From Spirochaetia bacterium (GTDB lineage Bacteria > Spirochaetota > Spirochaetia > SZUA-6 > Bin103): a stretch of DNA of 64,000 nt. Positions 63,596-64,000 of the stretch are shown one piece after another. A program made the position numbers and the translations under genes. The stretch lies in assembly GCA_965203515.1 (NCBI GenBank), contig OZ241907.1:2400001-2464000 (forward strand). The letters are read 5' to 3'. Within the stretch, counting starts at the first letter, position 1; the number at the start of each line of letters is the position of its first letter. The notes beneath the pieces are model-generated. The model did not search any database. It had not been told where the DNA came from and saw only the letters and a list, made by a program, of their open reading frames with translations.

Positions 63596-63617
63596 ACCAC
63601 ATAGACTGCCGATCCTG

Positions 63618-64000
63618 ATGGCTGAGCCGAGTTATTCCGACACGGAGCTGGAGGCGCTGATGTCGGACCTGGAGTCGGATTTGGTGGAGCGCAAGGAGAC
63701 GGCCGCCGACGGCAGGAAGATTCGCCGGAACATCTGCGCGTTCGCCAATGACCTGCCGGCGCACGGCAAGCCGGGCGTCGTGCTGGTCGGCGTGCGGGAT
63801 GACGGCTCGTGCGCGTCGTTGTCGATCGATGACGAATTGCTCAATCGGTTGGCGAACATTCGCGGTGACGGCGACATTCTGCCGCTGCCGTCGATGACCG
63901 TGCAGAAGCGGGTATTGCGGAACTGCGCGGTGGCGGTCGTCACGGTCCAACCATCCTCGGAGACACCGGTACGGTATCGTGGCCGCGTGTGGGTCCGGGT
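63618..64000 (+). CDS. AlbA_2 (Schlafen-like) domain protein, partial; not in the ORF track because it runs off the window
   Basis: MAEPSYSDTELEALMSDLESDLVERKE...ICAFANDL...GVVLVGVRDDG...PVRYRGRVWVR. Confidence 0.85.
   Translation, partial: MAEPSYSDTELEALMSDLESDLVERKETAADGRKIRRNICAFANDLPAHGKPGVVLVGVRDDGSCASLSIDDELLNRLANIRGDGDILPLPSMTVQKRVLRNCAVAVVTVQPSSETPVRYRGRVWVR

Overview
Very GC-rich bacterial chromosomal window, gene-dense, with no integrase, transposase, reverse transcriptase, CRISPR array or rRNA that I can see. Gene content (non-DNPR MurE plus a FemX-like transferase, archaeal-type PyrH, rodZ-lolA pair, solute-binding proteins without a lipobox) points to a Spirochaetota-like organism; this is an inference. 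Bases 1-28.3 kb are mostly housekeeping and envelope genes: DUF2089/DUF4097 stress pair, hflKC, murE, eno, rplM-rpsI, pcrA/uvrD, pyrH, tRNA-Leu(CAA), fabD-fabG-fabF with divergent fabH, katG, murB. Bases 28.4-37.9 kb hold a carbohydrate ABC importer, catabolic enzymes and an atypical NCS2 permease fused to a degenerate RsbW-like domain. Bases 37.9-49.7 kb are a surface-glycosylation locus: GT2, a 1610-aa fusion of membrane modules with a deacetylase-like domain, a deacetylase, a flippase-like protein, a GNAT, a methyltransferase and a frameshifted GT-C paralog. Bases 49.8-61.2 kb hold a nitrilase, an oxidoreductase, a MoxR-DUF58-membrane protein-MoxR operon and a second ABC importer with three permeases. 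The window ends with recombination debris, a third GT-C paralog and a partial AlbA_2/Schlafen-domain gene. The most interesting signal is the GT-C paralog family, which shares a ~100-aa two-cysteine C-terminal domain and conserved stop/start junctions suggesting shuffled cassettes. All calls come from reading motifs by eye; no database search was run.
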